Origin: a virus
Length of the DNA: 64,000 nucleotides
Strand: one strand, 5' to 3'
IMG/VR virus record: IMGVR_UViG_3300025115_000004
Span: 1-64,000 of that record
In this document: positions 26,292-36,300 of the stretch, one piece after another
Layout of the letters: each line of letters opens with the position of its first letter
Numbering within the stretch: the first letter of the stretch is position 1
Notes under the pieces: model-generated
What the model saw: the letters and a program-made list of their open reading frames with translations, nothing else
The model's database searches: none
What the model was told of the DNA's origin: nothing
Made by a program: the position numbers and the translations under genes

Positions 26292-27416
26292 ATGCAAAAT
26301 CAAGCACCAAGGACTGCAAGTCCATCAGACATGATTAATGCTACGCAGGGGATAGTACCTGCGAGTAAGGCTCCGGCTGCTCCGGCTGCTCCGGCTGCTC
26401 CGGCTGCTCCGGCCAATCCACCTAATCCTCCGGCTAATCCTCCGGCTAATCCTCCGACCCCTCCGGCTAATCCAGCTAATCCAACTCCCGTGGTGGTTAC
26501 AACTCCTTTTGGTTCAGATACTTTTGGTGTTCCCGGTGGTCCAACGGCTCCTGTGAAGTTAGCTTCATTTGCTGATGTTCAGGCTTATGCCAAAGATGTT
26601 GCGGGAGTTGAGTTGAAGGATGTAACTGATCTTGCTCCGGTATTACAGGAGTGGGTATCATTGAAGAGAACCAGTCAGGAGATACCTGTTATACAACAGA
26701 AGCTACAAGGGTATGAGAATGTATTCAAGAATCTTCCTGATGACGTATCCCTTATAGTTACAGCGGCTATTCAGGGACAGGACTACATGCCTATAGTCAA
26801 CAAACTCAGCCAGAAGGCTTCTTTAGATCTGGATAAGACTTTTGAGTCACACGATCCTATCCGTTTGGTAAATCACTATACAGGAAACAGTTATACAAGA
26901 GAGTCTTTCGAGGCTCTGGAGGGTAATGTTAAAAATGCTCTTATAGATTCTGCTAAGATCAAATACTCTGCAGATAAGGACGACTATGTCAGGACAATAA
27001 ATAATGCTAAGGCTACCAGCCAAGCTAAGAGTGCTGCCTTTACATCGTCAATTGAAACGTCCATCGCTAATATGGTTACAGCTAATCCTAATATGGATAA
27101 GGCTGTCGTAGACAGGGTGAGACAGATCATGACCATGGGTTTCGCGGATGCTCTGTTTAGTTCGGACAAGTCAGGTTATCTGCCTGAGGCTGCTGAAAAG
27201 ATCGCTATGATGGAGTTCGGTAAGCAGGCTATTCAGGTCCAGAGGAAGACCATAGGAGAACTCGTAGCTAAGGCTCAGAATGCTGGAGCTACAGCTGCTA
27301 CAGAGCAGATATTCTTTAGAAGTGATAAACCCGGAATGCCTTCTGGGGGACCTGTAGATCCTAACATGGTTGCTACGGTCGTTAAGCAGGCTACTGGATT
27401 TTTGAATGCACGATAG
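26292..27416 (+). CDS. Putative scaffold / head assembly protein
   Basis: Between portal and capsid; Pro/Ala low-complexity N-terminus. Confidence 0.6.
   Translation: MQNQAPRTASPSDMINATQGIVPASKAPAAPAAPAAPAAPANPPNPPANPPANPPTPPANPANPTPVVVTTPFGSDTFGVPGGPTAPVKLASFADVQAYAKDVAGVELKDVTDLAPVLQEWVSLKRTSQEIPVIQQKLQGYENVFKNLPDDVSLIVTAAIQGQDYMPIVNKLSQKASLDLDKTFESHDPIRLVNHYTGNSYTRESFEALEGNVKNALIDSAKIKYSADKDDYVRTINNAKATSQAKSAAFTSSIETSIANMVTANPNMDKAVVDRVRQIMTMGFADALFSSDKSGYLPEAAEKIAMMEFGKQAIQVQRKTIGELVAKAQNAGATAATEQIFFRSDKPGMPSGGPVDPNMVATVVKQATGFLNAR
26369..26485 (+). repeat. Coding microsatellite (GCTCCGGCT)n / (CCTCCGGCTAAT)n
   Basis: Encodes APAAPAAPA...PPANPPAN. Confidence 0.85.
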
Positions 27417-27443
27417 TTATTAACTTTTTTAATTTTTTAGGTA

Positions 27444-28760
27444 ATGCCCGATCCTTTTAACACACAGAATGCATACGTAGCAGTGCCGTCACCGGTACAG
27501 CCTACGAATGTACAGAGCCCCGCGCCTTGGAATCTTAATGCCGATGGCTCTGAGTATGCTGCAGCGTATGGTTATGATACTACTTCGCTGATTAAGAGGG
27601 CTATTGCAGAAGCCATCTATGATGCTGTTCCTGCAAAATATAAAGCCCTTAGACTTCTCTTCGACAGGCCTATAGACTATGAGGCCAGTGATGTATTCAC
27701 CTACATGGAAAAGACCTTTGGTCGTACCGCTCTTCGTGACTCTGGTGGAGGTGTTGCGGGTGGAGCAACTCAGACTATAACCCTGACTACGGGGGGAGGT
27801 AAGAACGTAACCATGAACAAAATCATTGTTTACCCAAACAACCGTAAGGGTATCGTTACCGGTGTTACAGGTGATCAGATAACAGTGAAGAGGTTTAATG
27901 GTGAGTCTAACCTTCCTACAGTTAACGCGGGAGACTATTTCTCTATTCAGGGATCGGTTATAGCTGACGGTATGAACTTCCTTACTCACTATGACAGGAT
28001 GTCTAAAATTGAGCGTTTCAATTACGTTCAGCTTATGCATCGTGATAAGAGGTGGACGAGGAAAGAAATGCAGAAGTTTGCCAACCTTGGTACCACCAAT
28101 TACTTTGAACTGGATAAGAAAGAACAGATGGATCTCCTGCTCGGGGATATGTTTGCCTCTTTCTGGAACGGTCAGAGGGGTGAGGTTGATGTAACTGTTC
28201 CGGGTACAGCTAACGTGTATAAGGCCATGACTATGGGTGGGCTATTCCCTCTTATGGTTGCTGCTGGTTGCGCTAATGCTACCGGAGTTACAGAGGCTAC
28301 CTTGCAGGCTGCTTTTGAGAATCTGGCTTTCCAGACTGACTACAAGTCAGAGGGTGGTGTACGGTTCATATTTGCCCAGAACTCCTTGCTTTATGCTCTG
28401 TCAAAGGCATGGAAAGAGACAGGTATCCGTTATACTCCTAATGATAAGATAGGTGATCTCAACCTTATGGAGTACCGTATTGGTGATATGAGGTTTGTTC
28501 CGGTTGCTACAGAACTCTTCAAGGAGCTCTCTATGTTCCCGGCCGATTTCAAGAACAGGATACTTGTTCTGGACCTCGACACTATCAAACCGGTCTGTAT
28601 GAGGGGTTATGAGCCTATCGAAATGGGTCAGACTAGTCCTAAGGGTGTGAATGGTAGCATCAATGACTACACCGAGTGGTGGATTCAGGGTATGCTGTCC
28701 CTTAAATTCAACAACCCTCTCAGTTCATTCTACATTGATACCGTAGGTATTGCCGCTTAA
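27444..28760 (+). CDS. Major capsid protein
   Basis: 438 aa after scaffold; NYVQ, FWNG.R, TMGGL HK97-fold-like motifs; strong terminator follows. Confidence 0.8.
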   Translation: MPDPFNTQNAYVAVPSPVQPTNVQSPAPWNLNADGSEYAAAYGYDTTSLIKRAIAEAIYDAVPAKYKALRLLFDRPIDYEASDVFTYMEKTFGRTALRDSGGGVAGGATQTITLTTGGGKNVTMNKIIVYPNNRKGIVTGVTGDQITVKRFNGESNLPTVNAGDYFSIQGSVIADGMNFLTHYDRMSKIERFNYVQLMHRDKRWTRKEMQKFANLGTTNYFELDKKEQMDLLLGDMFASFWNGQRGEVDVTVPGTANVYKAMTMGGLFPLMVAAGCANATGVTEATLQAAFENLAFQTDYKSEGGVRFIFAQNSLLYALSKAWKETGIRYTPNDKIGDLNLMEYRIGDMRFVPVATELFKELSMFPADFKNRILVLDLDTIKPVCMRGYEPIEMGQTSPKGVNGSINDYTEWWIQGMLSLKFNNPLSSFYIDTVGIAA

Positions 28761-28767
28761 GCATAAC

Positions 28768-28798
28768 GGGGCCGGTAGGTACCGGCCCCATTTTTTTT
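28768..28798 (+). terminator. Intrinsic terminator after capsid gene
   Basis: GGGGCCGGTA-GG-TACCGGCCCC followed by T8. Confidence 0.85.
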
Positions 28799-28828
28799 AT
28801 TTTACTAATTTTTCTAAAAACTTTTATC

Positions 28829-29701
28829 ATGCCACCAAAAGGTAACAGACTATCAGACGAGCCTCAAAATGGGGTGCCCGGATCAGAAAATGAGAAAGAA
28901 AAATCAAATGAGATCGAGGGTAATGAAGTTGTTGCTTCTTTGCAGGAAGAGTTGAAGAATAAAGAAAAGGCTATTGAGGATCTTCAGGGCCTTATCTTTA
29001 AACTTCAGGAAGCCTCTCAGCAGCAAGCATCGGACAAACCTAAGAAGAGTGATATAGACATTGCTACTCTTCGTCAGCAGGTTGAGTCTTTAACAACACA
29101 ACTAACAGCTTTATCACAACAGAGGGCTGTAACGACTCCGCAAGGTGCTCGTGTTCTCTTTCGCGAACCTGTAGCTTCTGATCTTCAGGAGGACAGTGTA
29201 ACCTTTACCGCTAGGAGTGTTCTATATGTAGTAGGATCATATCGTGATCACAGGGGTTTGGAGGTTATACCTCCACACAGATTGATAACTTTCAGTTACG
29301 CGGCCAGTGATGTTAGGAAAGACGGTCGTGAGGAGGAGATACGTAACTACTCTCAGTACACTACCAAGCTGAAGACTGAAATTGACTTTTTGAGGAATCA
29401 CCCTCATTACGGTATAACTTTCTCTGAGAATCTTCATAACATGATGCAGGAGGATGTATTGGATATACGGTTCAAGGCTAATGCTGCTAGTCAGTTAGCT
29501 GCTCTTCCTCCGGAGGCTATCTTTGAGAGAGCTATGGAATATAAGATTCCTAATGCTAATCAGAAGTCCGCGGATCAACTTCGTCAGCTTCTTGTGGAGA
29601 TTATGTCTTCCGAGTTTAAGCAGGCTGAGAAGGATATGCAGGCTGAGGCTACCAAGAGAAGGGTGATGGCTCTTGCGTCTATAACAGCTAAAGAAGAATA
29701 A
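28829..29701 (+). CDS. Coiled-coil hypothetical head-region protein
   Basis: ORF track. Confidence 0.7.
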   Translation: MPPKGNRLSDEPQNGVPGSENEKEKSNEIEGNEVVASLQEELKNKEKAIEDLQGLIFKLQEASQQQASDKPKKSDIDIATLRQQVESLTTQLTALSQQRAVTTPQGARVLFREPVASDLQEDSVTFTARSVLYVVGSYRDHRGLEVIPPHRLITFSYAASDVRKDGREEEIRNYSQYTTKLKTEIDFLRNHPHYGITFSENLHNMMQEDVLDIRFKANAASQLAALPPEAIFERAMEYKIPNANQKSADQLRQLLVEIMSSEFKQAEKDMQAEATKRRVMALASITAKEE

Positions 29702-29705
29702 TGCT

Positions 29706-30419
29706 ATGATAACAGCCTCTGAGATATTAAATAGGGTTAAGGCCCACTTGGATGATCATGATTCTGGGAGATATAATGAGGCTGACGATCTTATACCTGC
29801 TCTGAATTCAGCGGTAGAATACTTAACCACAGTATTCTCCGCTGGTTTCGAGAGGAAGAAAATTTATCCTGAAGTTCTTACCGAGTTGGTGAGGACTCTC
29901 ATATTACCTGTTGTGGGGAATGGTCAGACTCGGAAGGTAGATATTACTTCTGTTTATGCTAGTCTTTGGACTATCATAGGCGTAGATCCTAACCCGCTGG
30001 TGACCGGTTCTCCTACTCTTGATGAATCAAGGAACAGATGGGCTACCAGACTTACCTTAGAGGAGTGGAACGATAAGGCCGAAGATCCTTTTGCAGCAGG
30101 TTCTTTGGTCTCCATACCTGATATGTTTGCTAGAGCTGCTTATACTGGTCCCGGGAATTATTTCGGGGCTTATCAGCATATTATGATAAGGCCGGGAGCG
30201 ATGTTTGATGTAGCTTCTCCGGTAATTGCTTTGTGGTATCTAAGTAAACCTAGTAAGGTTACTACTAATGCTTCAACTATTGAATTTTCGGTGTCTATGA
30301 CCAACTGGTTGGTTATGAAGACATTAAATTATATATCTCTCCAACATGGTCCTGAGAGTAAATTTGGGCCGGTTACGGAGAAAGAACTTATGTCTTTGAT
30401 ATCTCTGATAAACGCGTAG
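29706..30419 (+). CDS. Head-tail adaptor / ring protein
   Basis: ILNRV...D...RY....LI.ALNSA N-terminus and WYLSKP motif; position. Confidence 0.6.
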   Translation: MITASEILNRVKAHLDDHDSGRYNEADDLIPALNSAVEYLTTVFSAGFERKKIYPEVLTELVRTLILPVVGNGQTRKVDITSVYASLWTIIGVDPNPLVTGSPTLDESRNRWATRLTLEEWNDKAEDPFAAGSLVSIPDMFARAAYTGPGNYFGAYQHIMIRPGAMFDVASPVIALWYLSKPSKVTTNASTIEFSVSMTNWLVMKTLNYISLQHGPESKFGPVTEKELMSLISLINA

Positions 30420-30420
30420 T

Positions 30421-31131
30421 ATGAACAATAATGCTACTCTCAGGTTTGTGGTGTATGATCTCTTAGGAGATTTTAAACAGCTTTATGACGATGCTGATAT
30501 CAGTCCCTTTAAGATGACCTATTGGGTGCTGGTGCATGCGGATAGGTTGCGTAAACAGCATATAGAGAAGCACGATGCTAGTGCCTATCTTCAGAGGTTC
30601 GATGTACCTGTTAGAGTTAATCCTACTACCGGTCGTAATTATTTTGAACTGCCCGTGGGTATATATGATATGCCTAACGATGCTGCTATTAAATATATCA
30701 CCTACGCTCCTGAAATAGACTTACATGTTCCTGTATTGGGTAGTGTGGTATTTACCCGAACTACCCCCACTAAGGCTAGGCGACTGTATTTCAGAGAAGA
30801 TGAAAGACCATCTCCTAGTAATCCTTATTTCTATAGGGAGAATAAGTATGTCATTCTGTTAGGTATAGAACAACTCAACATAACTACCTTAGAGACCGGT
30901 CTGATAGGTAACTTGAATCCAGCCGATGTTGATATGGACATAGACCAGCCATTTGACTTTCCTCAGGATCTTATACCTGTTCTTAAGAGGCAGGTACTTG
31001 ATATGGGTAGATTTGTATTAATGCTGCCTAAGGATCTTACAAATGATGGTACTGCGTCAGGTATTAAGGATGTACCATCTAACAAATTAATTAGTGTTAA
31101 CGATATAAGCTCAGAACAAGATGCACGTTAA
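30421..31131 (+). CDS. Ring (tail tube-like) protein, crAss-like
   Basis: Size, position, DIDQPFDFP...ND C-terminal motif. Confidence 0.55.
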   Translation: MNNNATLRFVVYDLLGDFKQLYDDADISPFKMTYWVLVHADRLRKQHIEKHDASAYLQRFDVPVRVNPTTGRNYFELPVGIYDMPNDAAIKYITYAPEIDLHVPVLGSVVFTRTTPTKARRLYFREDERPSPSNPYFYRENKYVILLGIEQLNITTLETGLIGNLNPADVDMDIDQPFDFPQDLIPVLKRQVLDMGRFVLMLPKDLTNDGTASGIKDVPSNKLISVNDISSEQDAR

Positions 31132-31867
31132 TCCACATAATTTATTAAGTATCAGTGAGATACTTGCTGATGTACTGGTAGCTATGAATGATGAGGATCA
31201 GGTCATACTGACTCCCGGGTTCTATCGTGCGCAGGTTAAATATGCGATGGATGAGTTAGGTTTCGATGTGGCGTTCTTACCTCAGGTTGTGGATGAGACT
31301 ATGCCCATAGACCTGAAGGTAGATATACCTAAAGGTTGTTATAATCTGACTGATATTCAAATATATACCGGGACACCTGATGATGTGGGGTATGTGGAGA
31401 ATGTTTACTGGAAGAAAGGTAGAATGACTCGTGGTGCCGGTACAGGATATACTTCCTCCGTACATCATCACAACATTAGTGATCCTTTCTTCAGGGTGTC
31501 TGTGAGAGAATTTAGTAAGTACTATTTTACTATACAGAATGGTATTATACACTTATCAGATTCTTGTGCTGGTTACCCCTATATAAGGATGAAATTTAAT
31601 GGGTTGGCCTCTCAGCATCTTGATGAGGTTAAAATGGTTCCCCCCGAGGTCCGTAAGGCTGTTGTGTTGTGGGTTATAGAGAAGTGTGCAAGCTTTCTAA
31701 AATCTCGCGATAATAGGTATATGGGGGTACAGAGGGATGCAGCTATGCAGTTGGATGAGTATGGTTTTAACGGTGCGTGGCACGAGGCTAAGAGCAGGTT
31801 AAGAACGATGGATAAGAAGATATTCAGGGATATGATTTTGTATAATTCAAGTTTATTAAGTACATAA
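31121..31867 (+). CDS. Ring (tail tube-like) protein, crAss-like
   Basis: YFTIQNGIIH...MKFNGL...VP pattern; position. Confidence 0.55.
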   Translation: MHVNPHNLLSISEILADVLVAMNDEDQVILTPGFYRAQVKYAMDELGFDVAFLPQVVDETMPIDLKVDIPKGCYNLTDIQIYTGTPDDVGYVENVYWKKGRMTRGAGTGYTSSVHHHNISDPFFRVSVREFSKYYFTIQNGIIHLSDSCAGYPYIRMKFNGLASQHLDEVKMVPPEVRKAVVLWVIEKCASFLKSRDNRYMGVQRDAAMQLDEYGFNGAWHEAKSRLRTMDKKIFRDMILYNSSLLST

Positions 31868-31868
31868 T

Positions 31869-32429
31869 ATGGAACCGATTTACAGTAAAACTGGATCAAG
31901 GCGTATAACGGTCGTAGATCGTTTCGCTGAAATAGATGCTGAATGTATCGAAGTGCAGACAGCTGCAACCTTTACTTCTCTTTCTGAGGATGGATTTAAT
32001 ACAGGAGGTACTGGTACGCCTGTAGCACAGGTAGATACTATAGTGCTGTCAGGAACTAGTGGCACAGCTAATATTACTTATAGAGGTATTACCCGGCTGG
32101 CTACTTGGAATACTTCTCTTACTCAGACAGCTACAGATTTTGTGACCGCTCATGCAGCTGCTTATAGGGCAGTAGGGGTTACTGTTACTTCGTCAGGAGG
32201 TAGTATACTATTTACTGCAGCTTTCCCGGGATTTCCTTTAATAGGTGCTCCTGAGATAGTGAACGTCACAACCAACTTGGCTGGGACGGTTTCTACCACT
32301 ACAGCTAACGTTACCACTCCCTTAGGCATCCACGGTTTAAGTGGCTCGATACCTGTAGGTACTAGGATATTTGCAAAGACTCGTTTTAAGGGTGTGCAAA
32401 TAAGTGCGGGTGTTCTGTTAGTATATTGA
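31869..32429 (+). CDS. Virion structural / decoration protein
   Basis: Thr/Gly-rich beta protein; paralogous segment with next gene. Confidence 0.55.
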   Translation: MEPIYSKTGSRRITVVDRFAEIDAECIEVQTAATFTSLSEDGFNTGGTGTPVAQVDTIVLSGTSGTANITYRGITRLATWNTSLTQTATDFVTAHAAAYRAVGVTVTSSGGSILFTAAFPGFPLIGAPEIVNVTTNLAGTVSTTTANVTTPLGIHGLSGSIPVGTRIFAKTRFKGVQISAGVLLVY

Positions 32430-32466
32430 TTTTTTGTATATTTGTAACAATTTAATATTTAAGGAA

Positions 32467-33084
32467 ATGAAATTCTTCGATCTCATTAATGTGCCTAAAA
32501 AAGCCGTCCATAAGATGACTTTAGGGGCTAATCAGGTTACCCTGACTGGAACTGGTGGTACAGCCAATATCACTGTAAACGGTGTTACCCGGCTGGCTAC
32601 TTGGAATACTTCTCTTACTCAGACAGCCACAGATTTTGTGGCAGCTCATTTTGCTACTTTTCTTAATGCTGGATTGAGGGTCTCATCTGCGGCTGCTGTT
32701 CTTACTTTTACCCCGGTAGCTGGGTGGAAAACATCTAATGATGTTACAGCGACTATAGCTAACGTTACGACTAACCTTAACGGTACCCTTGCGGCTACTC
32801 TTGTGGTTGACTTCAACAAGGCTAGGATATGGCAGGTTACAGTTGGTTGTCCTTATACGATAGCTAAACCGGTGAATATGAGGGATGGAGATGTTATATC
32901 TCTCGAATTAAAGGTTACTGGTTCTTTTGCTCGTACATGGGATACCTCGTGGCAGTTTGCGGGTGGTACAGAGATGGTTCAGACAGCTAGTGGTCTGGAC
33001 ATCTGTAATGGTCGTTACAATGCTACAGCTGATAAGGTTTATATCTTTAATACAGCTGCTGACGTTAAAGCGAAGATCACGTAA
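32467..33084 (+). CDS. Virion structural / decoration protein
   Basis: Shares the TRLATWNTSLTQTATDFV segment with the previous gene; ATG 32467 follows a TATATTTG element. Confidence 0.55.
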   Translation: MKFFDLINVPKKAVHKMTLGANQVTLTGTGGTANITVNGVTRLATWNTSLTQTATDFVAAHFATFLNAGLRVSSAAAVLTFTPVAGWKTSNDVTATIANVTTNLNGTLAATLVVDFNKARIWQVTVGCPYTIAKPVNMRDGDVISLELKVTGSFARTWDTSWQFAGGTEMVQTASGLDICNGRYNATADKVYIFNTAADVKAKIT

Positions 33085-33086
33085 TC

Positions 33087-33272
33087 ATGAGACGTAAAGA
33101 GAGGCCAATATACGAGGTAGAAATCGAGAAAGTTCTCAAGGATACCGGGGCACCCAATAAACCATTCTACGCTAAAGTAGCTGAGTATAAGAGGTACAGA
33201 TTATTCGGTATCTTACTCAAGAAAGTGTCGGTTAAAGGTGATTTTCCGGACCCTGAGGATAGGGATAAGTGA
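33087..33272 (+). CDS. Hypothetical protein
   Basis: ORF track. Confidence 0.55.
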   Translation: MRRKERPIYEVEIEKVLKDTGAPNKPFYAKVAEYKRYRLFGILLKKVSVKGDFPDPEDRDK

Positions 33273-33298
33273 TAAACCCCGTTACTCTATAACATATC

Positions 33299-33338
33299 GA
33301 TGAAATCCTATTTTGGCTAGACCGGATAGGATTTCATC
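33299..33338 (+). terminator. Long hairpin, probable terminator or processing site
   Basis: GATGAAATCCTAT...ATAGGATTTCATC. Confidence 0.5.
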
Positions 33339-33355
33339 ACTTTATCTTCGAACTA

Positions 33356-36300
33356 ATGCGTAGTACTGAAGGACAGAAATATACAGCCTCCTTATTCTTT
33401 GGTGGTTTGGCTAGGGATATAGATCCCGAAATGTTAGATCCTAAAACAGGAGCCTTTCTTGAGGCTCATGGTATGAGGATCTCTAATATGGTTAAGAATA
33501 TATTGACCAAGTTACCCGGAGATAAGGAGTTTATCACTGCTACGGCTGTAGAGGCTAACATACTCACAGGATTGGTGTGGTTAAATGGTTATGTGGTAGA
33601 GTTTTGGCATGACACCTTAACAGGTTACGGTACTATAAGGGCTAATGGGGTTGTTGTAGCCTCTTCCTTAGATATCCCCGGGGACGACTCCCACTGGTTG
33701 GATATAGATACTAATAGTGATACCGGGGAGTTATTCATCACGGATAACAAGCAGTGTCCTGTGGTATATGAGTTGCCGGATTTATTAGCTAATGTTGCTA
33801 CCCAAAAATACTTCACTAACTACGACAGGACGTTATACGAGATTAATAAACCGGTTCAGTTGAATCAACCTATGTTCGTGTCTCTGGAGGATCTTGGAGC
33901 TGCTGGAGGTTTAAGAACAGGCAGCTATGCTTACTCCATGTGTTACTCTACTCTTAGTGGTGAGGATACCGCGTGGAGTCCTGTGTCGCCTTATATACCT
34001 GTACCTGTGGAGAATGTTACTCAGAGGAGTCTCCCTATTAGCGGTTATTACTCAGGTCTTGAAACCTATGGCTCTGAGCCATCTTTATCTCCTACTAGGT
34101 ATGGAATTAGGTTGCGTTTGCGTGTGGTCAACAAGGCTGGGTTTGATTACATTAAGCTTAGGAGGGTTGAAAACGTTACTGGACAACCTCCAAGTTATAC
34201 TCCTGCAGCTCAGTTTTTGATTCTTACAGTAGATGCTGGAGGTACACCTATTGACATTAAACAGAACCCTTTCACTATAATAGATTTTGTGGATAGCAGT
34301 GCTCAGCAGTGGGCTGCTTTAGATACTTCTATAATAAATACTTTGAGTACCGTTAAGAGGGCTAGGACAATTAGATATTACGATAGAAGGATTATTCTAG
34401 GGGGTGTGGAGTATATGCCTAAGACCTTGTCATCCGAGGATATATTTATACAACATTCTGGTGTGGCTAAGGTACTATTTCCGGTTGTTGAGAGGTTAAA
34501 TGCTGATGGTTTTGCAGATATCCAGAATCAGGTATTTAAGAAATCACACAGGCTAGGTGAGAGGTATGGTTTTGGTCTAAAGCTTAGGGACGAACAGGGG
34601 AATGATCTATACACAATACCTTTAAAGAAGGGGGCAGAGGATTACACAAACTATTTATTTCCTCAACGAAGAGACGCTATTCCAGCAAGTGAATTATCCT
34701 TTTCTTCGAATCCTTTGATTGATTCTACAGTAGAAAGTAACTCCGCGGGGACTAAGACACAATATTCTTATCCTATCCTTATTCATAATAGTAACTGTGT
34801 GATGACTCCTTTGAGTCAGAATTCGGTATCTTTCAGTATACCGAATTTCAAATCTATTATGAACATACCTTCTAACGCCTCTATAAGTAGCACATTTGTA
34901 GGTAAATGTAACACATTATCAGGTATTTATGAGGCTATAGATAATGATTACCCGTTCAGTATTGAAGGTAGTTTATTGGATAACGGTTCTTCCGTGGTAT
35001 ATACCTCCGGGACAGATACTTTGACTTTTACTATTATATACTCCAGCGGGGATATCTTTGACGAGAGTCCTATCCAGATTTTGTCAGGGACAGCTACTTT
35101 TCTACAGTTAATGTGCCAATATACTGTACAGTCGTCATATGACTATGTATATGACCCAGTTACTGCTATTAGGACTGCGAAGACAGGGACTCCGTCTAGT
35201 GATGTCAACATTATCGAAGACAGTAATAACTATCCTTATAATCCTCTAACTCCCACCGGTGTCGGTGGTGGTTCTGGGGGTAGAGGCAACAATTATGAGG
35301 GGCATAGGATTGAGGTGATGGATACCATTGAGTCTACTAATAATGTGGTAGGTAAGTATGGGGTACATAAATCTACTGTGGGGGTAAGTATAGGGGGTTT
35401 AGATCTATCTAAACTACCTGACTATGTTAAGTCTTTCAGCGTGGTAAGGACTCCTCCTGCTGGGCGTGTGGTGTGTCAGGGTATAGGTATGTACGCTTTG
35501 GTCCCTCAGAATTATGGGGATACTTCTCCCGGGCTTGTTAAACATTTAAACAGGTTGTGGTTTTATTCTCCTGAGCTTGATCAGGTAATAGGGGATAAGG
35601 CTCATCTATTCGATGATATTGCTAATAATCCGAGTAACTATCAAATTCAATTAGTGTCCCCTTGCGGCTTTTTCACTGATGTCTATTCTTCGGAATATAT
35701 ACTACCACCAATACCATCACCTCCTATAGATAGATACACCCACATGGATATGGTTTCTATGCCTATATCTGGGGCTGACACTAATGTGGCTGATATGAGT
35801 CCTATGGATAGCTCTGATCAGATAGGGGTAGCTGGTAGGATCACTTTCGGTAAATGGAGGAATCAATCAAATCAAGGTAGCGGGATTACTTCTAGTACAG
35901 ATAAATACATATACGATATAACAAGTGCATCTACTGCTATACATGGTAAGTTCAGGTTACCTTACTTAGAACTAGCTCTTGGGGCTAATATCTATTATAC
36001 CGCTAACGTTGGTACGGTGGCAGGTACTAATTCTGGGGCGAGAGACTTTCATGAGCCTTGGTATATTGTGAACATCATACAGACAGGTAAGAATATTATT
36101 TCCGGGAATATAGACACTTACAATGAGATAGGTCATAATATACATATAAGCAGTGTGTTGGGAGTAAGTAACGGACTGTTTTCACAATCCTTTGAACTGC
36201 TCGAGGAACGTCCTGAAGATGTGACAGGTCTAGGTACCTCTGCTTCACAATATAGGTACATCTATGTGGACGGGGAGCCTTGGCTTAGCGGTAATAATAT

